Positions 40,190 to 53,149 of a stretch of DNA of 60,541 nucleotides are shown here, piece by piece (position 1 is the stretch's first letter; the number at the start of each line of letters is the position of its first letter). Location: NCBI RefSeq assembly GCF_001194135.2, contig NC_069007.1:1405754-1466294 (forward strand), read 5' to 3'. The translations under genes and the position numbers were made by a program. Source of the DNA: Octopus bimaculoides. Taxonomy: Eukaryota. The notes below the pieces were generated by a model, which worked only from the letters and a program-made list of their open reading frames with translations, was not told the origin of the DNA and ran no database searches.

Positions 40190-41246
40190 AATATTTCTTC
40201 TTCTTCTTCTTCTTCTTCTTCTTCCCATCCTCCTCATCATCACCATCGTCGTCGTCGTCATCATCATCGACTAGTCCCGTTCATAATTTTGAGAAATTGT
40301 GCCCCCAGTAGAAAGGCTTATTATCATTATTATCATTATTATTATTATTATTATTATTATATAAGATGGAATCCTATTAGTAATTCTCTTATCTCTCGAA
40401 CGTTCATTGTCCTCTTTTATCTCTTGTTCTTATTCAGCAAACACGGTTCACATTTGAGCGGTCTGCATATTTCTCTATACATCCAACTACTTCATCGTTT
40501 TCCTAATGACATGCAACAGAAATCAATGTGAGGAGTTCAACTTCCTACAGTCAATAATTTCTACTTCATACCTCTTTACAGATACGACCCTGAAGTTGAT
40601 TTCATTTATGATAACCTTAGATTTAGTCAGGCTTTTAGAACCTTAATTCCATGAAATTCCTCTTCAGTGAGAGTTTCTCTTTTTTTTTTATCCTTTTTAA
40701 TTTCGTCATGTTTCTGTATTCAAAGATGCATATGTGCTATTTCCACATTTCAGGATTTTTATATTCTCGCCATCAGTTAGATCTATTCCATCACTTTTTA
40801 TGAGTTTTCTCGCTTCAACTCTAGAAAGGCATATTTCCCGATTCCGAATGTCATTCCAATGTCACTATTAAATATTCATACACTTTACACACAAGAATCG
40901 AGTTGAATCTTGCCATTCCCATAAGCCTTTAAAATGCCCATGAAAATGGGCTTATTATTGTTATTATCATCATCATCATCATCATCGTTGTTGTCGTCGT
41001 CGTCGTCCTTGTTGTTGTTGTTCTTCTTCTTCTTATTATTATTATCATTATTGTTATTGCTGTTGATTTTCTTTTGTCGTCGTTGTCACCGTCGTCGTCG
41101 TCGTTGTTGTTGTTATCGCTGTTATTTAAGGCAGCGAGAAGGTAGAATCTTTACCGCGGCGGATATAATGCTTAGCGGCATTTCTTTCGATTTTACATTC
41201 TGAGTTAAAATTCCACAGCGTTCTTCTTTCGCCACATATTGAAACC

Positions 41247-41293
<47 letters not shown>

Positions 41294-41300
41294 GCTTATT
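40190..41300. repeat. Three compound trinucleotide tracts (TTC/CAT/CGT/TAT/TGT)
   Basis: 40195-40360, 40950-41125 and 41250-41305. Confidence 0.9.
41125..41250 (+). mobile_element. SINE family A head, degenerate
   Basis: aaggcagcgagaaggtagaatc...atgcttagcggcatttc...ttctgagttaaaattcc. Confidence 0.75.
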
Positions 41301-42493
41301 ATTATTTCAACCGCCTTGAAATGGAACTTAATTTAGCGATGAGTTGAAAAATGAATGTAGACCACGGAGCGATTTGAAACCAGGATGCTGGAAGAAATTT
41401 CACGAGTCATTAGATCCAAATCCCTAACGGCATTTCTTTTTCACCGTCTGAAGAAGAAAGTCTCAAAACCGAGCATAATTTCTTCGTTACATTCTCATAA
41501 TTCCGGATGTCCACAAATAATTACAATGCTGACCTTTGTCCATTCGCTAATGCATTCCATAAATAGAAAATTAAAATTCTTCAAGAATAAATGCCACACG
41601 CTGTGCAGATATATCTTCACGAGTTTTAGTCATCAATCATGCGCATCTCTGTGGCGAAAATTCGTGATTAAAATGAGTTATCAAAGAAAAAAAATCATCC
41701 AAAGATGTTGTCACTTTTTTTAAATCTTTTTTGCTGTGTGTATTGGTTGTTTATGAGGATTTTTACTGCTTAATGAATATTTCATGAAAATTAGAATTTG
41801 CTTCATTCCTCTTCATTCAGTCATTTGAAAGAAAGCAGTTTAAGAAACACCATAAATCGTGAATTCAGTTTGGAATTTCACAAAGCAGCATGTCTTTATA
41901 TTTAACCAAATAAAATTGATTTGTGAAGAGGTGCAAACAGTCGTTAAGTATCTCCAACATGAAACTTTTTTTCACAACGTATGTTTTCTTTTCTTTTCTT
42001 TATAGAACACCAACTAGCCGTGCCTACATCTCACAGACTGTTTTATCTATTCAAATGCGATGAACGAGCAAAAGGAATAAATAGAATTTAAAAAAAAAAA
42101 CTCAAAAAAGAAATTTGAAAATAAAGAAACGAAAATATTTTATATCTTGAACTGAAATGATTGTTTTGTTTTTTTTTTGTCTTTCTTGTACTTCAAAAAA
42201 TTGAAATATTTTCTTTAGTTTCATTTTACATTAAATGTCCGATTGGTTCTGATTATGAAAACGGGATTAATAGTAATCGATATTGCACATGATTAATTTA
42301 CATTCTAAGTGGTAGTCCAATACAGAATTATAGTTTTATATAGCCTAATGTACGGTTATAGTAATCTAGAGTCCGATATGTATAATTCATACTTGCACCT
42401 ACTAAACTTAGTGATGTCTGTTCTACAGAAGTTCAGTTCCTGCAACAGTCGATTCTGCTATTGAAGTGTTGAGGTCACGCCCGTATCGATATA

Positions 42494-42665
42494 TGTGCAG
42501 GTATGACTATATAAGTAAGAAACTGGCTTTGCAAGCACACAGTTTCGGGTTCGGCACCACTGTCTGGTACCTGGGGCAAGTGTCTTGTACTATAGCCATG
42601 GGACGACCAATGCCTTCTGAGTACATTTTGTAGACTGAAGCTAAAATAGGCTAATCATATATGTG
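42494..42665 (+). mobile_element. SINE family B 5' half, degenerate
   Basis: gggttcggcaccactg...ggggcaagtgtcttgtactatagcc. Confidence 0.75.
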
Positions 42666-42811
42666 TGTTGTGTGTGCTTGTGTCTGTGTGCATTTTCTAT
42701 GTGAAACAAAATAAGAAACAAATACAGATACGTGACCCTTACATCTAGTAACCAATGATCTTACTTTCACTCTGATCAAACAAAACATCTATGATCAAAT
42801 GGGTACAAAGA

Positions 42812-43316
42812 TTTAATTTATCGACTCCGAAAAGATGAAAGGCAAAGTCGACTTCGGCGAAATTTCAACTCAGAACGTAGCGACGGGTGAAATACTGCTA
42901 AGCATTCCGTCAAGCGTGCCAACTATTCTGCCTGCTCGCCAACAATAATAACATGCAGTAAGACGGCGAGCTGGCAGAAACGTTAACACGCCGGGCAAAA
43001 TGCTTAACGGTATTTCGTCTACCGTTACGTTCTGAGTTCAAATTCCGCCGAGGTCGACTTTGCCTTTCATCCTTTCGGGGTCGATAAATTAAGTACCAGT
43101 TACGCACTGAGGTCGATGTAATCGACTTAATCCATTTGTCTGTCCTTGTTTGTCCCCTCTATGTTTAGCATATTGTGGGCAATACAGAAATAGGTATTTA
43201 GTCTGCCGTTACGTTCTGAGTTCAAATTCCGCCGAGGTCGAATTTGCCTTTCATCCTTTCGGGGTCGATAAATTAAGTACCAGTTACGCACTGGGGTCGA
43301 TGTAATCGACTTAATC
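42812..43316. mobile_element. SINE A trio: (-) 42812-42940, (+) 42965-43190, (+) partial repeat 43195-43316
   Basis: Head-to-head pair with a 24-nt spacer, followed by a near-identical tandem copy of the core. Confidence 0.92.
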
Positions 43317-44089
43317 ATAGTAAGATCAGGCGTTGCTGAGAGAGAGTAAGTTATTAAGTCACTGAAAAGGTCGCGGTGGCGAGAAAAGGATTTTGACTAA
43401 CAGCCAACAGATTGATTGTTTAGCCAGCACATTTAACAAGCGAGAGATTACTGTGTTGGTTAAATAACAATAAAGAAGTGGCATTGCACGAGTGCGTGTG
43501 TTATTTTTATTGGCGTAATGACTCTCCCAATACCACATTTCTTATTCTCGATATGTCTTTAGATTGCCATTTGAAGAGACTTCACATCTAAGCTTTCAAA
43601 GTCTGACCAACAGGCACGATCGTCTCCACTGGATCCCACAATCGCTAGTGCATGCAATTATTGGCAGACACGTATCTTATTTAAAAAGACTTCATATTAA
43701 GCCTACATAGTTGGAATATAAGTGTATAGCACAATGTTCTCAGGCATTTTCTCTGTAAATTTAATAATTTTCATTCACCTACCATTGTATATTAATCATG
43801 TTTTTTCCGCCTTCGTGGCAGGATTACTTTCGATCATCATTTTATAGGAATGGAAATAGCATGATCCCGAAAATGACAATAAGGGGATTTGCTTTGTTCT
43901 GTGGAATGTAATGCAAACTCTAAATAAAATTGTGAATTGGGGTCACTTTTTTTTCCTAAATAATATTCAGTTTTGAATTTTTAATAATGGTAGCAACGCC
44001 ATGAACAACCTCGAGATTAAATATTTAAGGCTACAACATTATAACGTAATCATTACAGTGCCAGGAATGGTATCAATATTAGTATTGTC

Positions 44090-44312
44090 ATTTAAGGCGG
44101 TGAGCTGACAAAATCGGTGGCGCGCCAGGTAGAGTGCTTAGCGGCATTTCGAACGTGTTTACGTTCTGAGTTCAAATTCCGTTCTGAGTTCAAATTAGCC
44201 TTTCATCATTTCAAGATGGATAAAATAAGTATCAGTTGCGCACTGGGATCGAGTGATCGACTTACCCACTCCCCCGAAATTGCTGGCCTTGTGCCAAAAT
44301 TTGAAGCATAAC
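44090..44312 (+). mobile_element. SINE family A, full length, with TSD
   Basis: TSD attagtattgtc at 44078-44089 and 44313-44324 (12/12); B-box segment ttctgagttcaaatt is duplicated in tandem. Confidence 0.92.
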
Positions 44313-44374
44313 ATTAGTATTGTCTTGAGCACTAACGCCAGTGACAACGATATTATATTCAACAGTAATATTGA

Positions 44375-44660
44375 TACGAAATCTTGATACAAGGCCAGTA
44401 ATTTCGAGGAGGCGGAGTGATGAGTCGATTACATCGAACCCAGCACTCGGGGAGTACTTATTTTAACGATACTGGAAGAATGAAGTCTAAGTCAACTTCA
44501 ACAGAAATTCAGCAGTAATTTTGTTTTCCAATTCTGGCACTTGGTCCACAGATTTAGGGGATTTGTCTAGTCGATTAAATCAACCCTAGTGCTCAGCTGG
44601 TATTTATTTAATCGACTACAAAGCAACAAATAGCAAAGGTGACATCGGCAGAATTAAACT
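44375..44660 (-). mobile_element. Two degenerate SINE A 3' portions
   Basis: acaaggccagtaatttcg...gtcgattacatcgaacccag (44385-44500) and ctggcacttggtcc...gtcgattaaatcaaccctag (44530-44660). Confidence 0.75.
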
Positions 44661-44974
44661 TAACATTACTTTTAAGATGATAAAACAAACCTTCAACTCA
44701 TCCTTTTAGCTTCATAAAATGAAACAAATGCTGAAGATACTATTGTAATTGTAAACATCTAAGATGTAGATTTGTAAGATTTAGAGTGCTTTCTTAATTA
44801 GTGACGAGTCTGTGTAAATGATAGCAAAAAAATGAAAAAAATCACGGAGTTTTCTTGCCGTAAAGCTGACAATTTCAGAGAGAGAATGATCTGTTCTGTG
44901 AAGGGCATGAAAATGCCACAAAACATGGTTCATAAAACTTACAGAATATTGGCTCGAACATTTGGCACAATGCC

Positions 44975-45105
44975 ATGAATTTCAAGTGAGGGGTGTGTCG
45001 ATGACATTGATACCGGTACTCTGAACGATGAAAGGTAAAGTTGCCCTCGGCTGAATTTGAACTCAGAATGTAAAGACAGACGAAATGCCGCTCAGTATTT
45101 GTATG
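44975..45105 (-). mobile_element. SINE family A
   Basis: gatgaaaggtaaagttgccctcggctgaatttgaactcagaatgtaaagacagacgaaatgcc. Confidence 0.85.
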
Positions 45106-45605
45106 CATTCAATATATGATTTGTAAACTTTCATAAGCTTTACATAATACAAACCTGTAATATAAAAACAAAATTATGGAACATAAATATAAATTGCAAC
45201 GCGATTATCCTTATTCTCGGTTGTTAGTGCTATGGGACTGCATATCAGATGAGCGTGCTATCGAGTCAAAAGTTATGTGTTTCCCTTGTATTCACTATTT
45301 CAAAGCAATTTAAAAACTGGCCAGTAGAATATCTAATTATTTCAAGTATAGCAAAGTTTAGGTGTGATCATATCAGTTTTGTTTGAGGATTCGCATATAT
45401 TTAAGTGTATGTGATGTGGAAATCAGAATAAAGGACCGCTGCCGATTAGTAGTTTAAAAGATTAGGAAGCGAAGTTAGTGTTTGAGTCTATGGATGTGAC
45501 TTTTGCATGTATGATTGTATGCAAGGATTAATATGTACTTTCATGCATTGATATATATATATGAGTATATATATACATACATATGTGTGTGTGTGTGTGT
45601 GTATA

Positions 45606-45658
<53 letters not shown>

Positions 45659-47259
45659 TAAACTTTAAATGATCCATCACTCAATAGATTTAAGTAGCTT
45701 ATTGCATCTATTTTGCAAGGTAAACATCGGCAGTGATTTACAAGTTTCAACGGTCAACAGATTTACCAGACTGAGTAGAATAGAATGACCGGTGACATTT
45801 GGAGCTTTCTGACAAGGATGTCATTATAGATGTATTTGTGTGTGCGTGCGCGTATTATATTCATACGTAGACACATATACACACACATACACATATGTAT
45901 GTATAGTGCTCTTAGCTTAGTTTTTCATTGGGGCTGGCCAGATTGGAGCAATCTCGAGTATAACCAGCCGAAAATGCAAAAATAATCTGGAACTCGATTG
46001 AGGAAAGAAGACTCTGAATGTGTCCTGTCCTTATTTTTTCTGGTCCCTTTTTTTGTATCATCTGTCTGGATGTCTTGCGTCCTTGTCCCATTTTTGTATT
46101 CCTTTATATATATATATATATATATATATCATTGGATCCAATAGCTATTTGGTAATTGCTGTGCAGCACAGAAAGCTTGATGAAGCAAGTCCAATGACCA
46201 AAGACATTATACCTGTGGACATCCTGCCTTACCTGTGATAACGATTCATCAGTTAGGCACTATGTCATTCCCTTTGTTTTTTTAGACAAGTAACATATTA
46301 TTCCATGACCGTCTGGTTGCTATTTCTATCATGACACGCGGCCACGTTGAGGTATTTTTTTTAATGTTTAGCTCCAACTATAATTTAGTCGATACTATAT
46401 TAGGATCATTGCCTTTTCGTTCACGTGACTTTTCTCATGAGCCCAACCTTCGCCCTAAAATTTACAATTTTATTCTTGGCTGAAGATCCCATGCAATCTC
46501 CTTGTTAAATTAAAAATTCTTTTTGATCTTCTATCAACTAGAAGTAAATGGGATATTTGTTTAGAACTCACACATACGAAAATAGACCCTTCTTCGCACA
46601 TCACCAAATGAATATGCACGATAGCAACAAAGAAATCATTAATGAACTCAAAGATGAAAAATCATTTTGTTTTCTATGTGTATAAAATCAAATTTACACT
46701 TGAAGTATCTTCGTAATTTTTAGTTTACAGTTTGTATCTTAGTGTTTATTGTTGGTGTTTTTGCTTTTCTCAAGTAATCAGGAAATATTTCGTTCTAAAC
46801 TATTTCTTCACATCTTTTGAGGTAAACGATAAATTGAAGTATTAAGAATATTTCTTTTATCGGATAATCTATAATTTTCTTGAAAGGTTTTATTATAATA
46901 TTTCAGTGATTCTTTTTGCAGATTTTTGTTTAAACGTTTATGAAATTTAATAATAACTGTTCACACATAAATAATGGAATTAACGGAACTCGCTTCATGT
47001 ATGAAATAAATGTTTGATAAATCTGGGCGTTATAACAGGTTTTCCATTTATTTAGATATTTTATTTGTGGATTTCAATATATGTGTGTATGTGTATATAT
47101 ATTATATGCATTCCTGCAGTACATATATACATACATTCACACGCATACTCTCTCACACATACATATTTATACACGAATATTTCGAATGATATAATCTGAG
47201 TTGTATAAAAGGCTTCAAAATAAGTTGGATTGTTATTTATAAAAAATATGCGTTATTTT

Positions 47260-47337
<78 letters not shown>

Positions 47338-48121
47338 CACACATATATTTATGTAAATATATATGTATATACATCTATACAATATATATTCTTTTTATTT
47401 CTCTCTATATAAATTTATATTGTTATTTTGTAATTCGCTCTCTGCCCTTTCTTCGTTTATAACGTTATATATTCTATCCAACGTGTTTACATCTTTGCTT
47501 ATTAAAAATGATTGACATCAACAAAAATTTAATATCTTCCAACATAATTCAAGCATCAGGAATTTGTTATGCGTGTGTCCTTGGTTTCCATGAAATATTT
47601 TGTATTCAAACATTTACTCTCTCTTCCTAACGATTGTCGCTCATCTCATACTAAAAATTCATGACATGGACATGTTTATAAACACCAAACATCTCGGAAA
47701 GATTTGAAAATTAATTTACAGTATGAAGGTGCCGTTTCAGAGCCGAATATTTCAGAAGTTCGCTTCACAAACGCGCATTTCCGGGGATTCCAGCTAATTG
47801 TATGCCGCACAAGGTGATTATGTTTAATGTTTCTCCGGGACGTGAATGGAATTTGGTAATTTAGTTGCTAGAATTTCCAAAATCTTATAATACAGCTCTT
47901 TCTCTTTCTTTCCCTCTCCGTCTCTTCTGTCTGTCTCTCTCTCTCTCTCTCTCTCGATACATATATATATACATATANNNNNNNNNNNNNNNNNNNNNNN
48001 NNNNNNNNNNNNNNNNNNNNNNNNNNNNNNNNNNNNNNNNNNNNNNNNNNNNNNNNNNNNNNNNNNNNNNNNNNNNNNNNNNNNNNNTATATATATATAT
48101 ATATATATATTATTGTGATCT

Positions 48122-48230
48122 TTTACGTGTTTCACTCATTTGACTGCAGCCATGATGGAACACCGCCTTTAGTCGTACAAATCGATCCCAGGACTCATTC
48201 TTTCTAAGCCTGGTCCTTATTCTATTCGGA
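48122..48230 (-). mobile_element. SINE family B 3' end
   Basis: catttgactgcagccatgatggaacaccgcctttagtcgtacaaatcgatcccaggac. Confidence 0.85.
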
Positions 48231-49760
48231 TAATATAATTTTTCGCAGAACATTTTTGCTCTTCTTGCGAAGTAGAATTCCATTAAGAGTAACGGGTCAA
48301 ATATGTTGGAGTTGTAACTGAATTTGGTGCAATTTTGGAAATAAGTGAAAATTTAAGAATGTATATGAGAAAACCAGATTAGGATTTTTAAAAATGTTAT
48401 TCATGTTATAATTGTGGCCAGGGAGCATCAACTGAAAGTTGAGAACATGTGGAAAAAAATATCTACTTAAAACGTTGTATGGATGATTAATTTTAATCGG
48501 TGTGAAAAGCAAATTCAATGTTTTACAGTTTGTAGTCTGTCATATAATAACCTTGTATAACTTGACTTCTGTTAGAAACAGATTTCTTGATTTCCCCGCC
48601 TTCATTTGGTGGTGAACAGCGACTAAGTAAAATGGTAAATTTTTCTACTTTCCTCTCAACATGTGGCTGCTATGATGTTTCTACTGGGAATATATTTTTA
48701 CGATCTTTCTTCAGTTACTTTTATATTTATTTATGTTTTTAACTGGAAATTTCTTTTAACAGGAATTTCTTTAATTATAGCTCATGTTCAGTATTTATAA
48801 GTCTTCACTGGTCTATTTGCATGTCGTAGACGATTCAAGCATGGTAGTTAAAGCGATATAACCTTACGTGAGTTTATATATAATTCGTTTAATTATACTT
48901 TCGCCTTTTATGTTTGTTAGTAAAGTTATTCGTTACGATACGTGTGATTTAGTGTATCTTATATCATTTCCATACATTTTAGGTGAAAATATTAGCTTAA
49001 ATACATTTACTATATTTAAGGTTTACATTAAATATATATTGGCCAAAATTGATTTATTTCGATGTCGTGTTTTCTTAAGACGATTGAAGTCTCGTATTTA
49101 AAGCAATGCGGTATAACGTTATCTTCCATTTGGTTCGTTTTAATTATTCTTTACTGTTAGTTTTATATGGTTTCCTCTATATTTTATAGGTTTTTAGGTT
49201 TAAATGTTTATTGGTTTGTGTGCTTGTAATTCATCCATATGTTTACTCTTCTAAGTTGATTAGTGTTGGATTTATTCCACTTTATGTATTTACAACTGGT
49301 TTTGACTATGTTCAATAAATTGTGGTCAATAAGCTTAGTTCACGAGTTCGTTTTAATGGTTCTTGTTTTTACGTTCTATAATTCTTGTGGTGTTCATGTC
49401 AGTTTTAATGAGATTCATCTCTATTCTACATTTTATGTTAAAGTTATTATTATTTCTATTTCTGTCTGTAACGATAAGCAGGTGTAGACAAGATAGAAAT
49501 ATTGCCCTAAAATGTTGTACCTGCTCCTTGTCTATTTATTTTAGGACAGCGTCTATGGCTTTAATGCTATTAACACCACGAGATTAAGAGGTAAGCCCAG
49601 TACCAAAACCATCGTAATTTCTACGTGGCAGCAGAAAATGGTACATGTAGCTTTCAGATAAATTCTCTACGGAGGTGGGCGGAAAATTCATAGACTGGAT
49701 ATGAGCATTATTTACATTATTTACATTTTACAGATATTTATTCTGATCTTGTTTGTTGTC

Positions 49761-49805
49761 AACACAATGTTTCTGCTGATATACCCTCCAGCCATCGTCA
49801 GGTGT
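49761..49805 (-). ncRNA. Minimal type I hammerhead ribozyme motif (best core)
   Basis: acac-CTGACGA-t-ggctg-gagggtatat-cagca-GAAAC-ATT-gtgtt; intact CUGANGA and GAAA boxes, with one stem III and one stem II substitution. Confidence 0.65.
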
Positions 49806-49847
49806 ATTGAGGAAGGCTGGAGGGTATATCAGCCGAAACGTTGTGTT
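49806..49847 (+). ncRNA. Hammerhead motif, second arm (5' side damaged at the inversion junction)
   Basis: TTGAGGA-a-ggctg-gagggtatat-cagcc-GAAAC-GTT-gtgtt; perfect stem II and palindromic AC/GT stem III. Confidence 0.55.
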
Positions 49848-49998
49848 AACAACAAACAAGATGAGGATAAATATCCGTCAAATGTAAATAATGTAAATAA
49901 CGTACATAATGCATTATCTCTTAAATATAGAACTCTACTGGCTATGAAGCAATGATGTTGGGGCGGTGGAATATTGTGTGTATTAATTCTAGATATGT

Positions 49999-50045
<47 letters not shown>

Positions 50046-50184
50046 CATAAACAGACAGACAGACAGGCAGACAGACACAGGTACAGAAGATAGATAGATA
50101 GATAGATAGATAGAAAGATAGATATTTCTTTTCCGTCAATATAAGTATCTGTGTGTGTGTGTCCGTCTAAGTTCATGTGTGTGT

Positions 50185-50237
<53 letters not shown>

Positions 50238-50870
50238 TGCAAAGCATAAGCATGTGGATATAAACTAATGGTATATGCTCATATTATGTATAAGTGTACA
50301 TGTATATATACATATATACATACACACACACATTTATATATATATATATATATATACATACATACACTCATACACATACATATATCCACACGCATACACA
50401 TGTGTAAGTATGTAAGTAATAACGATGACAAAGATATCGATAATGATAAGATAATAATAATAATAATAATGGTGACAATGATGATGATGATGGTGACGAT
50501 AATCGCATAAAACAGTTCTCTAGAGACGTTAAGCTCTACGGTGTATACGCGTGACTTTTGTATATCTTTGAGATCTTTTCAAATGCCGCTGGACCACAAT
50601 GCGCTACGATAATAATCTAATCGCAAAAAGCTCGGGAAAAATTATAGGTTAACGGAAAAGATATCACCAATGGATTTCACCTATATTCTCAGGAATCACG
50701 TTTTTGTATTTATTGTCGTAAAATGTATCCACGCTGAGTGCTTTTCGCAAATATTGTTAGCATCACCCTAACATATATATATATATATATATATGGGAGA
50801 ATATACAAAAAATAACAACAGACGAGGACAGGTGGTGTAAATAACAAAAGTATATATTAGTATGACGCTC

Positions 50871-50904
<34 letters not shown>

Positions 50905-50946
50905 AGCGTGGTAAAGCCACGTGTATTTTCCTTTCAATATTTGAGG

Positions 50947-51092
50947 AAGGTGAGCTGGCAGAATCGTTAGCACGCCGGACGAAATGCTTAGCGGTATTTC
51001 GTCTGCCGTTACGTTCTGAGTTCAAGTTGAGCTCGACTTTACGTAAGCATTTCGTCCGGCGTGTTAACGTTTCGGCCAGTACGCCGCCTTAG
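50947..51092. mobile_element. Fold-back SINE A: (+) head followed by (-) head
   Basis: 50947-50990 is complementary to 51044-51092. Confidence 0.85.
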
Positions 51093-51544
51093 TTGTACCT
51101 AAATAATGATATTCTATCGATACAACACAAAAGCTTCTTTGAAATCAATGTTATATTATTTGATATATTTAAATATTTGCTTAATCTTAGAATCAACTAA
51201 CGTTCCACATTTAATACTAGCTATTTAATTATTCTTTCCTTCTCTAGGCACAAGGCCGCAAACGGTACTTAATTTATCAACCCCGAAATAATGAAAGGCA
51301 ATGTCGACCTCGGCGGAATTTGAACTCAGAACGTAGCAGCAGACGAAATACCGCAAAGCATTTCGCCCGGCGTGCTAACATTTCTGCCAGGTCCCAACAT
51401 TAGCGGTACCTAAATAACGATATTGCATCGATACAACACAAAAGCTTCTTTTAAATCAAAGTTTCCTTATTTGATATATTTAAATGTTTGTTTAATCTTA
51501 GACTCAACTAACATTCCACTGTTAATACTAGTTATTTAATTATT
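51045..51544. repeat. Diverged tandem duplication (~190 bp unit at 311-bp spacing)
   Basis: 51045-51233 versus 51356-51544 share the SINE head plus unique gtacctaaataa...gatacaacacaaaagcttc...tatttaattatt. Confidence 0.9.
51235..51395 (-). mobile_element. SINE family A with internal deletion
   Basis: ctaggcacaaggcc...gtacttaatttatcaacccc...gtcgacctcggcggaatttgaactcagaacg. Confidence 0.88.
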
Positions 51545-52174
51545 GAAACTCTAACTAACTATTTCCTTTTAAACCAATTTATTAAGCTTCATTAATTGTT
51601 TCAGTTTTCAATGTAGTTAACTTTATTACATATTCTATTTCTAATTGAACAAGTTTAGATTCCAAACAACTCATGCAGACACGACAAACTATTGTTTTAT
51701 TTCATTTTCGATTTATTTTAATCCAATTTAATTTCGTCCTGTAATTATTTGTAGGAATTTATATCGCAATATATTCACTTTGTAAACCTACTTAATTTGC
51801 CAACATATTTTTTGTTCATCCAAACATATTTAATTAGTACATTTCTGGTACATCTACCAACATTTGCTCAATGATGATATATCATTTAAGGAAAAATATA
51901 CATAATAAATGTTGCAAGTTATTATTACTTAAAATGTGACTTTTATACTAAATTCTTGGTTAAATTACGAATCAGATTCATTTACAGAAAAATCAAGAGC
52001 CATCACCAAACTCTATCTTCGTCGTCGCTCTCATCATCGTATTTCACCGACTTTTCTATTAATGTTGTATATATTATTCAGTCTCTCACACGCATTAATG
52101 TTTGTTTGTTTTTTTATGTTATAATAATAGAGATTTACATTAAATTAACGGAGTGTTCAGTATAATGCTCAACG

Positions 52175-52660
52175 ATGATAAGAAGAAGAAGAAGAAGAAT
52201 GATGATAACAATGATACTAATAATAATAATAATAATAAGAAGAAGAAGAAGAATGACAATAAGAAGAATGATAACAACAATAAGAAGGATAATAATATTA
52301 AGAAGATGAAGAATAACAAAAGCAACAACAACGACAACAACAATAATAATAATTTCTACTGAAGGAAGAAGGGCTTGAAATTTTGGGGGAAAGAACTAGT
52401 CAATTACATCGACCCCAGTGTTTCACTGGTACTTAATTTATCGACCCCAAAAGAATGAAAAGTAAAGTCGACCTCGGCGGACTCGAACTCAGGAGGTAAA
52501 GGCAGAAGAAATGCCGTTAATTCATTCGGCCGGCGTGCTAACGATTCTGCCAGCACACTGCCTTTATAATAATAATAATAAAGATAATAATGATGATGAT
52601 GATGATGATAATGATAAGAAGAAGAAGAAGAGGAGCAATAATAATAACAACAGCAAAAAC
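52175..52660. repeat. Compound AAT/AAG/AAC/GAT array interrupted by a SINE A (-) at 52355-52562
   Basis: Trinucleotide tracts on both sides of a full SINE A. Confidence 0.9.
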
Positions 52661-52665
52661 AAAAA

Positions 52666-52703
<38 letters not shown>

Positions 52704-53149
52704 GTGTGCTGGTGTGTGTATATGTCTAGTTGAAACTTTACAAACAAAAACACACAAATTAATAGAGTCGTAATTAAATTGTGAATGAAATATCTGTAAA
52801 GATAGAGATTCATTTAATACATATCAAAAACATTCGAAATCTAAAAGTGACTCGATATCTTCATTGTAAGAGTTTTAATCAAATAATGTTAAATCTAGAT
52901 TCAAATCTTCAGAAATAGCATTAATTTCAAAGAGTAAATAATTGAAAATGCCAAAGCGAGAGAACATGTGATAATTCTTCTATTGTATTTTTGGGCGGTT
53001 CCGAAATCCAAGATAACTGACATAATTAGTAGAGATAACCATGTATGAAGGAAGCAATCTAATCCACTGCATTGTTCCAAAATCTGTGGTCTTGAGTCAG
53101 TCTTAGCAATCAATATTGTTCATCTGATTCTCCTTATTTCAGTTGTGTG

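Larger units (their letters stand above)
49706..49937. mobile_element. Inverted pair of Penelope-like terminal repeats
   Basis: Arms 49706-49805 and 49810-49902 are reverse-complementary; the right copy continues to tcttaaatatagaact, as in the 34559 copy. Confidence 0.8.

Noticed and set aside
45925-46090. Repeat-like segment with a possible eroded hammerhead (…aaccagcc)
   Set aside because: Neither CUGANGA nor GAAA box is intact in this copy
47720-47815. Possible exon YEGAVSEPNISEVRFTNAHFRGFQLIVCRTR
   Set aside because: Weak acceptor and no homology recognised; RNA-seq is needed
48250-49600. Possible decayed LINE (VKYVGV) or Penelope endonuclease remnant next to the hammerhead palindrome
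   Set aside because: Too many stops, and I could not read a GIY-YIG or RT motif with confidence
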